Source of the DNA: a virus | Taxonomy: Duplodnaviria; Heunggongvirae; Uroviricota; Caudoviricetes | Strand: one strand, 5' to 3' | Length of the DNA: 64,000 nucleotides | Virus record (IMG/VR): IMGVR_UViG_3300025602_000002 | Coordinates: 38,718 to 102,717 of that record | Notes under the pieces: generated by a model | Seen by the model: only the letters and a program-made list of their open reading frames with translations | The model's database searches: none | What the model was told of the DNA's origin: nothing | Program-made: the position numbers and the translations under genes | Part shown: positions 35,766 to 45,343 of the stretch, one piece after another | How the letters are laid out: each line of letters begins with the position of its first letter | How positions within the stretch are numbered: the first letter of the stretch is position 1

Positions 35766-37630
35766 TGCCAGTACGTTACTTAACAGAAAACGACATAGAT
35801 GAATATAAAGGTAAGAAGTACCCTAATCCATTTTTTGATTTATCACAGAATTTTTTACCAAGAAATATAAAAACGTTATTTAAGTTCTGTAAAACTTTTT
35901 ATTATACTAATGAAATTTTACGAAATGTTATTAGTAAGATGACTGAGTATCCTATAACGGATATTATATATGACACCTCTATTGAACCAGATATAAAAGA
36001 GCTATATGCTAAAGCGTTTAAAAAAGAAATACGCTTAAAGAATTTATTAATTGAAATTGGTTTAGATTACTATACTTATGGTAACTGTTTTGTATCTGCC
36101 TTTCTAAAGCAAAAGAGATTTTTAGCTTGTAATGTTTGTGGTACAGAGGCAGAAATAGCTTCTATGCGTGGGGTAAAATTAAAGAAATTTGTATTCCAGG
36201 CTATCTGTGAAAAGTGTGGGCACGAAACTCCAATGAATATTAAGGATGAACCTTTAACTACAATTAGTAGTTTAAAATTCGTTAGATGGTCTCCTGAAAA
36301 TATTGATATAGACTATAACCCTATATCAGGTAATGCTCGTTATTATTATGCAATGCCTAATAAGATTAAGCAAGGAATTTTAGTAGGGAACATGGCCATA
36401 CTAGAAGATATACCTGCAGTCTTCTTAGAAGCTTTAAAGAAAAAGAAAAAAATTATGTTAGATAACAATAATTTATATCATTTTAAAGCTCCTACTTTAG
36501 CAGAGGAAGATATGGGATGGGGCAAACCTCGTATATTAGCCGCTCTTAGACTAATTTATTACCAACAAACTTTAAAACGTGGTAATGAAGCGATAGCTAA
36601 TGACCATATTGTACCTAAAAAATTAATATCGCCAGCTAATACAGGCGCTATGGATCCTTATTCTATGATGAACTTAGGGAAATGGCGCGCTAATATTGAA
36701 GAGCAAGTTAAAAAATGGAGAAGCGACCCTAACCATGTAGGTATTTTTCCTATTCCAGTTCAATATCAAGAGCTTGGTGGAAATGCTAGATCTCTATTAT
36801 TAACTCCTGAAATGAAATTTTTAGAAGAAAACGTTATTAACAGTATTGGAGTTCCTGTAGAATTTATTAAAGGTGGAACTTCGTGGACTGGTTCTTCTAT
36901 TTCATTACGTATTGTAGAAAATGGATTCCTAACTTATAGAGAAGATATGTTAGATTTCATTAATTATTTTGTTATCGATAAGATAGTTACCTTATTAAAA
37001 TACCCTTCAATCGAAATTCAATTGAAGAAATTTAAGATGAGTGATGACTCTCAATCTAAACAATTATCATTACAATTAAATGAATTAGGAGCTTTATCTG
37101 CGTCTACACTTCTTCAAGACTTTGGTTATTCCGCTGTCGAAGAAGAGATATCTAATACTAAAGAAAATAGCGCAATGATTGATCAAGGAATTAAAAAAGC
37201 TATTAGAGAAGCCGAGGCTCAAGGCCAAGCTACTGTGATAATGACTAGGTATCAAGCTAGAGCGCAAAAAGCTGCTGAAGACGAGCTATTAAGATTAAGA
37301 GCTGAAGTTTTTGAAAAAGAACTTATGGAAGAAAATGCAGGCTCCCCAATTGACCCATATGAAGTTATAGAAAAATATGCTAAAACCCTAATGTTCTTTG
37401 GGCCAGAGGAACAAACTCAGGCTATACAGGAAATTAGTAAAACTGCACCAGTAACTGCAAACTTAGTTATGGAGCGTTTAAATTATTATATGCAAGCAGC
37501 AGAGGTTTCTGAAATTGGCGCCCAGGGAACTCAAACAGAGCCCAATCAAAAAACGCCTGGACAGCGTAATAGTAATAAGGTAAAAACTGGCCCGGAAAAA
37601 ACTAAAGGACAAACCAGAGGAACGCCTTAA
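35765..37630 (+). CDS. Portal protein with Zn-ribbon insertion
   Basis: YPNPFFDL N-terminus, VISKMTEYP, GxP.EF...G, CxxC...CxxC insertion; 621 aa. Confidence 0.7.
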   Translation: MPVRYLTENDIDEYKGKKYPNPFFDLSQNFLPRNIKTLFKFCKTFYYTNEILRNVISKMTEYPITDIIYDTSIEPDIKELYAKAFKKEIRLKNLLIEIGLDYYTYGNCFVSAFLKQKRFLACNVCGTEAEIASMRGVKLKKFVFQAICEKCGHETPMNIKDEPLTTISSLKFVRWSPENIDIDYNPISGNARYYYAMPNKIKQGILVGNMAILEDIPAVFLEALKKKKKIMLDNNNLYHFKAPTLAEEDMGWGKPRILAALRLIYYQQTLKRGNEAIANDHIVPKKLISPANTGAMDPYSMMNLGKWRANIEEQVKKWRSDPNHVGIFPIPVQYQELGGNARSLLLTPEMKFLEENVINSIGVPVEFIKGGTSWTGSSISLRIVENGFLTYREDMLDFINYFVIDKIVTLLKYPSIEIQLKKFKMSDDSQSKQLSLQLNELGALSASTLLQDFGYSAVEEEISNTKENSAMIDQGIKKAIREAEAQGQATVIMTRYQARAQKAAEDELLRLRAEVFEKELMEENAGSPIDPYEVIEKYAKTLMFFGPEEQTQAIQEISKTAPVTANLVMERLNYYMQAAEVSEIGAQGTQTEPNQKTPGQRNSNKVKTGPEKTKGQTRGTP

Positions 37631-37637
37631 GGAGAAT

Positions 37638-37829
37638 ATGATGGAAAAATATGGAACATACGAAGTTTTTAGAAACATAAAAACTAATGAAATAAAAAGA
37701 ATCCCTTATGAGGAAACTACTGATTTAGAAAAATTAGCAGAAGATGGTTGGGAACATTTAGACCATGACCCCCAAGATATGGGGATAGAAGATTTAGCAG
37801 CCAATGATCGTAAAAGATGGGGTGGCTAA
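37638..37829 (+). CDS. Hypothetical protein
   Basis: 63-aa ORF with AGGAG RBS. Confidence 0.55.
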   Translation: MMEKYGTYEVFRNIKTNEIKRIPYEETTDLEKLAEDGWEHLDHDPQDMGIEDLAANDRKRWGG

Positions 37830-38029
37830 TGGTTAGTTTTTTTGGAAAGAAAAAAGTAGGCACTTTTCGCCTTAACTATGAGTCTGAAAAGGCTGAATAC
37901 GAGGATATTATAAATAACCCTCGTTACTTAGTGGAAGATAGATTCACTGAGTTTACTTACGATAAATTTGGTAAGCCTATTATCACAATTTGATATTTTG
38001 ATTCAGTAATAGATGAGGCCCTCGAATAG
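37829..38029 (+). CDS. Hypothetical protein, 66 aa, 1 in-frame TGA
   Basis: TAATG-coupled start; ...KPIITI(TGA 37991)YFDSVIDEALE-TAG. Confidence 0.5.
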
Positions 38030-38043
38030 AGGGTCTTTTTTTT
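38017..38043 (+). terminator. Rho-independent terminator
   Basis: GGCCCTC-gaata-GAGGGTC followed by T8, between convergent operons. Confidence 0.75.
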
Positions 38044-38752
38044 ATCCTAGAAATTTATAAGAGTGCCCATCTAAATTAGGCGATAGGAAGGGATTTAAGC
38101 TCATTATATTAATATATGCACCATAGGCACCCCTTATACGTTTAACAGTGTCTAGCCCTATGTTTTCGTTGTTCTTCATCCATTTTACATAAGAGTCTTT
38201 GCTACCATAACGTTTATAGTCTTTATAATTCAATTTTCCATCTATACTGCCCAAATCATGGCCCACTAAAATAATATTATGAGCTCCCAAGTGAGCGGCT
38301 AAATGCATTGCTGTATGAGTACTACATTTAGTTATAGTTAGATATTCCTTATTAGTCCAATCTAGCTTTTTATTATTTACTCCTACATTATGTTGGTGTT
38401 TATAATAAAATAGCCTGTTGTACCTTTTTTCCTTAAATTCGGGAAATAGCTGCTCTTCTAATTTAACAAAAGATTTTGCAGTCTTCATCCCGCCCGCATG
38501 CTCAGGAATTATTAATTTTGGCCAGTCGTATAAACCAGACCCGGCTTCCTCAATTAGTTCTGAATTATAATCTTGCATAACTATATAATCGCATATGTCT
38601 ATAGTTCCGTAAGCCTTGTATGAAGCGTTTACACTTATGACAATTTTATCATTAAGGAATTGAGATTGTAGGTAATCAGCGGAAGGCCCTGAACATAATA
38701 TGTATATGTCTGAAGCTGCCTGCATACCTGATAATTTTTTAATATTTTTCAC
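38042..38752 (-). CDS. DUF115 / MptE-like (Maf-type) glycosyltransferase-like protein
   Basis: ILCSGPSA...ISVN, HLAAHLGAHNIILVGHD. Confidence 0.75.
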   Translation of the reverse strand: MKNIKKLSGMQAASDIYILCSGPSADYLQSQFLNDKIVISVNASYKAYGTIDICDYIVMQDYNSELIEEAGSGLYDWPKLIIPEHAGGMKTAKSFVKLEEQLFPEFKEKRYNRLFYYKHQHNVGVNNKKLDWTNKEYLTITKCSTHTAMHLAAHLGAHNIILVGHDLGSIDGKLNYKDYKRYGSKDSYVKWMKNNENIGLDTVKRIRGAYGAYINIMSLNPFLSPNLDGHSYKFLG

Positions 38753-40610
38753 TAGTCTTAAAAGTATGTCCTTCTAGGTTAAAGTTTATGAATGGATTCA
38801 AAGATGTAATATTTACACCATAATGTTTTATTAATTTTTCTTTTAAATTAAGAGTATGAGCTTCTATTGTTTTTAACCAATTAAGATACTTTTCATTAGT
38901 TCTTACTGACTCACCCCTTTTGGAAGTATTATATTCTTTTATTTCTGTAACTTCGTCTAAGGTACCACAATCATGGCCCACTAAAATAATATTTTTAGCA
39001 CCCATATAAGCCGCCAAGTGTATAGCTGTAGTGATAGTAGACTGGCTAACTATTAGTTTATCTAAGTTAAAGTCAAACTCTTCTGGGATTTCTATATTAT
39101 TTTCATTATGGAAATACCTAATTGAGTTTTCTAAATCTATTTGATTAAGTGGATGTCTAGAATGGCCTTCTCTAAAATTAGAGAATAATAAAGTTGCGTT
39201 AGTTTTTTCTGCATAATCTATGACTTCCGGATTAGGATCCTTTATTACTATATATTCTGGATTATCTATAGCATAAGCTGATTGGTTAACACAGATAGTA
39301 GTTTTATTATTAAAAAATTCTTTATCTATATATTCTACAGAAGCTCCGGAACCTAAAACCCAAACATCTTGATTCTTTTTTATATTCTTTAATTTGCATA
39401 ATTCTACAGGCGATTTCTCTAATGCTTTATCGCTAAAATAATTATGATAATTAGTTATATAAGGTTTATAGGTATAAAAATCTTTATGCCCACTTTCCAA
39501 AAATCGATCAAAATACCACCCATTCTGTAGGTATTTATGAGAAATACATTTTTCAAAATAAGCAATAAATTTCGGGTATACAGATTCTAAACTAAAATGT
39601 TTAATAGCCCAATCTCTACAATCTTGTGGGTCTATATCTTTAATATTTCTTATAGCATAAGTAAAATCTTCCCAGGTTCTTCCTCTAAAGCCTACAACTC
39701 CATGAGGAACTGTTTCTGTATAAACTCCCCAATCCGTGGTTACTACAGGCGTCCCAGACATTAGGCTTTCTATGTGCACGTTGCCAAACGGCTCTACATA
39801 TTTACTTAAACAAAAAGTAAGGGTTGCGTTAGCTAATAATTCTTTTTTTCTATCTCCAGCAGCAACGCCTACATATTTAATTAAACCTTCCTTATCTTTT
39901 AGTTTAGAAGAATCCCCATTGCCGGCCACATATAGTGTAGTTTTAAAATGTTTAGCCAATTGCACCGCTACATTCATCCCTTTAGCGTCTCCTAACCTTC
40001 CTAAGAAAAGAAAATAATCTTCTTTCTTCTTTTTAAATTCAAAATTTTTAGGATCAGTATACCCAGGAATAACTGAATGAAACCATTTGTTGGTGTCTAT
40101 ATACCCATTAACTCCATAGTAAGTATTCATCCAGGCGTTACTTTCAAAACATAAGTAGTCGGCAAAAGTAGATAAATAGCCTATACCATATTCTATGGTA
40201 GCTCCTATAGCTTTTAATTCTCCTAATTTTGGAGACCAATTTCCATATCCCACTAAAATAACGTCAGTTAAAATATCTTTAAAATTTTCTTTAACTTCTT
40301 CAATTAGTGTAGCTTCCGCATGTTTATATAACTTTGATTCGGGTTTATATAAATGGTCTTCAAAGGAAGTATTTGGATCTCTATTTTCACAATGTGTTTT
40401 CCACATCTCTTTTGAAATGTATTCTATATTTTTAGTACAAATCATTTCATTCCCCTCTACTCCATAATATATTACCTCGTGACCCTCTTCAGTAAACTTT
40501 TTACATAGAAGATACATTTTAGTAACGTAAGGATCTGTAGTTATATGTGGATCATTTATAATAACATTTTGATGCGGAGCACCAATCATATGTATTCTTA
40601 TTTTATTCAT
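38739..40610 (-). CDS. GT4-family glycosyltransferase fused to a DUF115-like domain
   Basis: FLFLGRL...KG, EPFGNVHIESLMSGTPVVTTD; C-terminal VLGSGAS...HLAAYMGAKNIILVGHD. Confidence 0.85.
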   Translation of the reverse strand: MNKIRIHMIGAPHQNVIINDPHITTDPYVTKMYLLCKKFTEEGHEVIYYGVEGNEMICTKNIEYISKEMWKTHCENRDPNTSFEDHLYKPESKLYKHAEATLIEEVKENFKDILTDVILVGYGNWSPKLGELKAIGATIEYGIGYLSTFADYLCFESNAWMNTYYGVNGYIDTNKWFHSVIPGYTDPKNFEFKKKKEDYFLFLGRLGDAKGMNVAVQLAKHFKTTLYVAGNGDSSKLKDKEGLIKYVGVAAGDRKKELLANATLTFCLSKYVEPFGNVHIESLMSGTPVVTTDWGVYTETVPHGVVGFRGRTWEDFTYAIRNIKDIDPQDCRDWAIKHFSLESVYPKFIAYFEKCISHKYLQNGWYFDRFLESGHKDFYTYKPYITNYHNYFSDKALEKSPVELCKLKNIKKNQDVWVLGSGASVEYIDKEFFNNKTTICVNQSAYAIDNPEYIVIKDPNPEVIDYAEKTNATLLFSNFREGHSRHPLNQIDLENSIRYFHNENNIEIPEEFDFNLDKLIVSQSTITTAIHLAAYMGAKNIILVGHDCGTLDEVTEIKEYNTSKRGESVRTNEKYLNWLKTIEAHTLNLKEKLIKHYGVNITSLNPFINFNLEGHTFKTSEKY

Positions 40611-40611
40611 T

Positions 40612-41454
40612 TTAATATTGTGAGTAAATTGTGGTATAAATATCGATCCAGTAATTAACTATGCCCTGAGGACCCCAATACTGCTCTGCCCAAGTTCTAT
40701 TTTTTGCACCTTCTATTAAAACTTCTTGTAATTGGTTAGTTACTACAAGATTTTCTAAAAAGTTTTCTAAGTCCTTTATATAGACATTTCGTATAGGATT
40801 AGTTGACGCCCCGGAGATCTTTAATAAATTATTAGAAATCTGGGACGACATAGAACATATTACTAATTTTCCTAAACCTAATCCCTCAAAACTAGACATG
40901 TGAAAGCTATCAGTGACACATTCGTCAATAATAATATTGCAATTAGCTTTTCTAGACATACATTCCTCAAAGGATACGTTATATATAATATCAAAATCAA
41001 AGTCTTCGGGAAATTTTTCTTTAAGTTTTTTAAGTACAGCCGTTGTAACTTTAACTCCTTTATCGTAAGTATCTACTCCTTCTAAAGTGCTAGGTGAATA
41101 CCCTACTTTTATTCTAGAATCTATTATTTTTTGACTATAAAGCTGTTTATCTTCTAAATCCATAAACATCCATTTACTAGGCATACAATCTTGATATTCT
41201 GGTAAAGTGGCATGGTATTGGGGGTTAACTACTTTAAAGCCTTTATAATTTAAAAGCACTCTCCAAGGTTCACTGTGATAGTGCATTAACGACGGAGTTC
41301 TAGTAAATACAAAATTATTATTAAAGTGTACAAAGTCCCCTATACTTGTATTTTGGCTAACTACTGCTCGATGCTCTGAATACTTATTTATACCAGAAGC
41401 TAAATGATCTGGACATTGTGCCAAATTTGTTGTCTTATAGAGACAAATATTCAT
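40612..41454 (-). CDS. Glycosyltransferase-like protein (GT-B)
   Basis: IIIDECV...FHMSSFEGLGLGKLVI resembles the GT-B C-terminal motif; operon context. Confidence 0.6.
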   Translation of the reverse strand: MNICLYKTTNLAQCPDHLASGINKYSEHRAVVSQNTSIGDFVHFNNNFVFTRTPSLMHYHSEPWRVLLNYKGFKVVNPQYHATLPEYQDCMPSKWMFMDLEDKQLYSQKIIDSRIKVGYSPSTLEGVDTYDKGVKVTTAVLKKLKEKFPEDFDFDIIYNVSFEECMSRKANCNIIIDECVTDSFHMSSFEGLGLGKLVICSMSSQISNNLLKISGASTNPIRNVYIKDLENFLENLVVTNQLQEVLIEGAKNRTWAEQYWGPQGIVNYWIDIYTTIYSQY

Positions 41455-43794
41455 CTAAACTTCTTTTAAAATTTTGAGTAAAGCTTCTCTTTTATCTTCC
41501 CATCTGAATTTAGTTTCAACATTCTTAATACACTCTAGATTAATATCCTTTTCTTTGTCGGATTCTTTCCATTTTTTGTATTCAATATCTAAAGCTTTCA
41601 TCATTTCAAAAGGGTCTACCACTGGGCGTAAATGCCCATTATCCATAGACATATTAAATATTGCTAAATTAGGTACTATATGCCCCGTGTCTCCTAACAT
41701 TTCAGGAATAGCGCTATTTTTTGGGGCTATACTTGGAGTACCTGTTGCTGCCGCTTCAATTAATGATAAACCACAATTATGGACAGTTACTTGAGCGCAG
41801 GTATATGATTCTCCATTAGGTACTTCTAAATCATAGCCTAAAAATTTAGGACTATTTGAAAATTCATCTGAAGAACTTATACTCTCAATAGGTAAATACA
41901 CAAACTCTTTATCCATCTCTATATTAGAATGAGAAGTTTGGTCAAACACTAACGTTATGATGTATTTGTAATTCTCTTCCCTAATAAAGCTTAATAGCCC
42001 TGTACTCAAATATAAGTCTCTTAACAAGTATGCAAACTCTTCAGACTTAACTTCATATGATAAAGTATTTTGTCCGTGAATTACATCAGACATTATACCA
42101 TTTAGTAACTCTCCCCTTAATTCTTTATCTAATGCTAAAAAATATGTAGGAATAGTTCTTTCTGATGCTTTTTCTCCAAATAGATGTCTAAATAATTTTA
42201 ATAAAGGTTTTGCTGCTATTCTAACATAGCCAGCTTGATCAGAATATGTACCATCATATGAACCTTCTACATTAAAATATTTATTAAATATATAATCAAC
42301 ATACTCAAATAATTCTGCTTTTCTATGTTTAAAATTAAACATTATACCTCTATCTGTTACATGCCCACATCCTAAGAAAATTCCAAAAAACTTTAAAATC
42401 TCCGCATTTATTGGTATGAACCTTTGCAAACTACTTCTTCGTTGTTTACTATTTATTTGGGTATCTGTTATTTCATAGTTAGGGTGTGGAAGTCCCATAT
42501 CTGCTAAGTCTATTTGTGTTGGAATTTTATTTTTCCATTTAGGACGTCGTAAAGCTACTATGTCTCCGACGTTCAATAGTTCCGCACGCTTATAACTTTT
42601 ATCTTTTAATAAAAAAGGATGATCGTGAGAACAAAGAATTGGTTTTGAAAACACATCCATAGTTATGGAATATATTTTTCCATCAAAAGGAGTTCCTAAT
42701 GTTTTCTTTACTTTCGACCAATTACCCTCGTCATTTATTACTTCATCTTCAGGGGTAACATGCTCTATTCGTTTATACCCATCTCTACATAAAATTAAGG
42801 TGCCTTCGTTTAGTTTTCCTTCCCCTATTGTAGAAGATATATTAATATTTGAGGCATTATAAATTTTGTTAATTTCTGAAGAAGGTACTTCACCGCTGTA
42901 TATATTCCTAGCATTTACTCCTAGTATAGTATCGTCCCCATCAGTGTCGCTATCTACAAATCCAGCATTTAATAAGTGATTCTGTAATAAGTTTGCGGCT
43001 CCTGGCCCCATAGTCATTTCTGCTGACATCATATGTAAATACAAATAAACGTCCCGTCTATTCCTTTTAACTACTTCTACAATATCACTTTCAGGACACA
43101 TATTTAAATCGCATTTTTTACGATTAATAGGCATATGATTTCCACATTTACAAACTTTGTACCCTTTTGCAAACATACTGAAGGCTCGTGCAGTTCCGGG
43201 TATAAACTTCCGTGGTTGAAATCTATTAACATTACAAACAGCAAACTTATTTGCCCATTTATAGTCTTTTCTTATTTCTTGGATTTTATCGTAAGGTAGT
43301 GGATAAAAAGTAGTTTCGTTTACACCATGGTATAATTTGTGTATAGGTATTTTGATCTCGTAAGTATCTTTTAAAATTTCAATTGCCCAATCTGTGTAAG
43401 CTACTACTGCTGAGGAATGCTCAAATATTTTCTGCCATCCCACGCTAGGAGGTGTACCGTCTATAGGGAAATAAGATACTATCTTAGTATTTGGTAATAC
43501 TTTTTTTAATTCGGGAATGATTTCTGAAATATGGAAGATATCTTGAAATAAGAATATTACGTCAGGCTTTTCTGCTTGTGCAAGGGCACACAGTTTCTGG
43601 CCGCCCAGGGGATCTTCTTTAGTTACAGGGTATACGAAATATTTAGAAGTATCGTATTTAGTATTTCCAAAGTAGTTTATACCTAGTATAGATACTTCAT
43701 AATAATTGTGTAAATCTTTAAATAAGTTTTCAGCTACTATTCCGAACCCCGTCGGTACTAAAAAATCACTCCAGATAAATAATTTAGGTTTCAT
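41455..43794 (-). CDS. GT4-family glycosyltransferase containing an intein
   Basis: TGFGIVA, NVNRFQPRK; extein STIGEG|CGLSLIEAAATGTP restores the EGxGLxxxEA motif. Confidence 0.85.
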   Translation of the reverse strand: MKPKLFIWSDFLVPTGFGIVAENLFKDLHNYYEVSILGINYFGNTKYDTSKYFVYPVTKEDPLGGQKLCALAQAEKPDVIFLFQDIFHISEIIPELKKVLPNTKIVSYFPIDGTPPSVGWQKIFEHSSAVVAYTDWAIEILKDTYEIKIPIHKLYHGVNETTFYPLPYDKIQEIRKDYKWANKFAVCNVNRFQPRKFIPGTARAFSMFAKGYKVCKCGNHMPINRKKCDLNMCPESDIVEVVKRNRRDVYLYLHMMSAEMTMGPGAANLLQNHLLNAGFVDSDTDGDDTILGVNARNIYSGEVPSSEINKIYNASNINISSTIGEGKLNEGTLILCRDGYKRIEHVTPEDEVINDEGNWSKVKKTLGTPFDGKIYSITMDVFSKPILCSHDHPFLLKDKSYKRAELLNVGDIVALRRPKWKNKIPTQIDLADMGLPHPNYEITDTQINSKQRRSSLQRFIPINAEILKFFGIFLGCGHVTDRGIMFNFKHRKAELFEYVDYIFNKYFNVEGSYDGTYSDQAGYVRIAAKPLLKLFRHLFGEKASERTIPTYFLALDKELRGELLNGIMSDVIHGQNTLSYEVKSEEFAYLLRDLYLSTGLLSFIREENYKYIITLVFDQTSHSNIEMDKEFVYLPIESISSSDEFSNSPKFLGYDLEVPNGESYTCAQVTVHNCGLSLIEAAATGTPSIAPKNSAIPEMLGDTGHIVPNLAIFNMSMDNGHLRPVVDPFEMMKALDIEYKKWKESDKEKDINLECIKNVETKFRWEDKREALLKILKEV
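41776..42816 (-). mobile_element. Intein (347 aa) with degenerate LAGLIDADG endonuclease and Lys as first residue
   Basis: Starts KLNEGTLILCRDGYKRI, block B CSHDHPF, ends YDLEV...TVHN/C. Confidence 0.85.
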
Positions 43795-43819
43795 TTATAA
43801 TTATTGGTTATGTCCTTTA

Positions 43820-43828
43820 TTAAATATA
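43820..43828 (-). promoter_or_regulatory. Candidate phage late promoter TATATTTAA
   Basis: TTGTTTATATTTAA 26 nt upstream of the GT operon ATG. Confidence 0.5.
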
Positions 43829-43843
43829 AACAATTTTTAAGAT

Positions 43844-43879
43844 AAAAAAAAGGACCGATCCGAAAATCGGACCCTTTTT
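43844..43879 (-). terminator. Terminator-like hairpin (possibly bidirectional)
   Basis: CCGAT/ATCGG stem with T8 on the minus strand and T5 on the plus strand. Confidence 0.6.
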
Positions 43880-43899
43880 CTTAACTTGAGCTTGCACAC

Positions 43900-45340
43900 T
43901 CGGAGTATTCCGATATTTTTAATAACCTTTTCCCAGATTATACTAGAATTTTGGCCGGAGCGGCGGGCAAATCTAGTATACTAGTATACCATTTTGGGGA
44001 CGGGATTTCCTGAAGCGCTCTGAAGGCTGTGCGGCCTAAACGGCATCAGCTCGATCTGAGGTAGGCTTCGAAATCGTGGACGTCTCGGCACGCGAGCTCA
44101 TCCGGGCCCCGGGGGCCTTGTTGGCCAGTGGGCCGGCTGGATGAATTCACCACCATGTGGTTCTTCTGTCGACGGAGCGATCGCCGATGACGGTCGCGGT
44201 CGCCAGCTGTTGACCGGTCGGTATGATCACGTAGATCTGGATGATGACGACGCGGCGAGTAGCAGGCCTACCAGTTGTCAGCATCTTCCTTAGTTAACGG
44301 CCATCATTTTCTACGGCGTCTTCTTTACCAGGTACCCTGGCGGACTGGGCCGGGCGGCAGGTGGGAGGAACCTTTTCGAACACGTGTCCAATTTGAGATC
44401 CGGATCCGGTGTCGGCGTACGCGTCAGCTGCTGCTGCAGTACTCTTCCGGAGGCGCCGCCGTCGGGCTTGATTCGAATTAGTCTGGAAAGGATAGTAAAC
44501 CGAAAAATGGAAATCCCAGAAAAAAGAAAATGTACTTGAAACACGGGGGACCTGTGGTAAAACGCTGGTAGGGAGCGGACCTTTCTCAGGGCCGTTCGCT
44601 ACCCGGTTTTACCCGTGGTCGCTCCGTTGTTTCATGTATCACTTTTCTTTTTGGGCGTTTTCATTTTGTTTACTTTCTTTCCATTTAAGTTCGAATCGGG
44701 TTATTTTTCTGCAAGGACGTAACATCCTTGTACAACGCTGCAAGCAAGTGCGTTTTTTTTGCGATTTCTCACACGTACCGATGATTTTACTGTTATAAAA
44801 TCTTCGGGACGACGTTCCTGAGATCCGAGAGAATGATTTTCGTGGCCAAAACGGTTCTCCGTAGTCATTCCATCATTTTTGGGGGTTAAAAACTTCCAAG
44901 TTGTTAACGCACAAAATGTGGAATACGGTGGAGACTGTTCTGGCGTATCGAAAAGCATTCTCGAGGTCCCGAAGGTCCGTTGTGTTTGGTTTTTGTTAAC
45001 CTACTACGTAGCCGAAACAGCCACGCCGTCTATTTTGTATAGACTTTCAACTAAGAAAGCAGATAAGGAAAAAATCCCTACCTAACACACTTTTGAAATT
45101 TTGTATATAGAGTCCCCACAACTCTTACTAGTTCCCATTCTGATTCCTTCGTTAGTCTAATAAGGGAACTTGAAGTAAATCTCCGTGGTCATAAGTGTTT
45201 AACCCTCTGGATTAAACAGTTTTAGCTCGGGGATTTGTTAGTTTGGGGTATTATTAGTTTTTTCCGTGTCCGAAGCAGACACGACATTTATACTACGAGG
45301 ATCGTTGATATAAATACAGCTAAGAGTTGTGAGGAAGAAT
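43900..45340. other. 1.4-kb non-coding island, GC-rich core, rich in palindromes and hairpins
   Basis: No credible ORF; core lines are 53-68% GC by hand count against an AT-rich background; 29 palindromic hexamers in 44067-44478. Confidence 0.8.
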
Positions 45341-45343
45341 TAG

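Noticed and set aside
44030-45085. ORFs in the GC-rich island (44275+, 44311-, 44701-, 44879+, and short minus-strand frames near 44030-44290)
   Set aside because: Short, overlapping, no RBS or recognisable motif, composition unlike neighbouring genes. A tiny foreign gene cannot be fully excluded.
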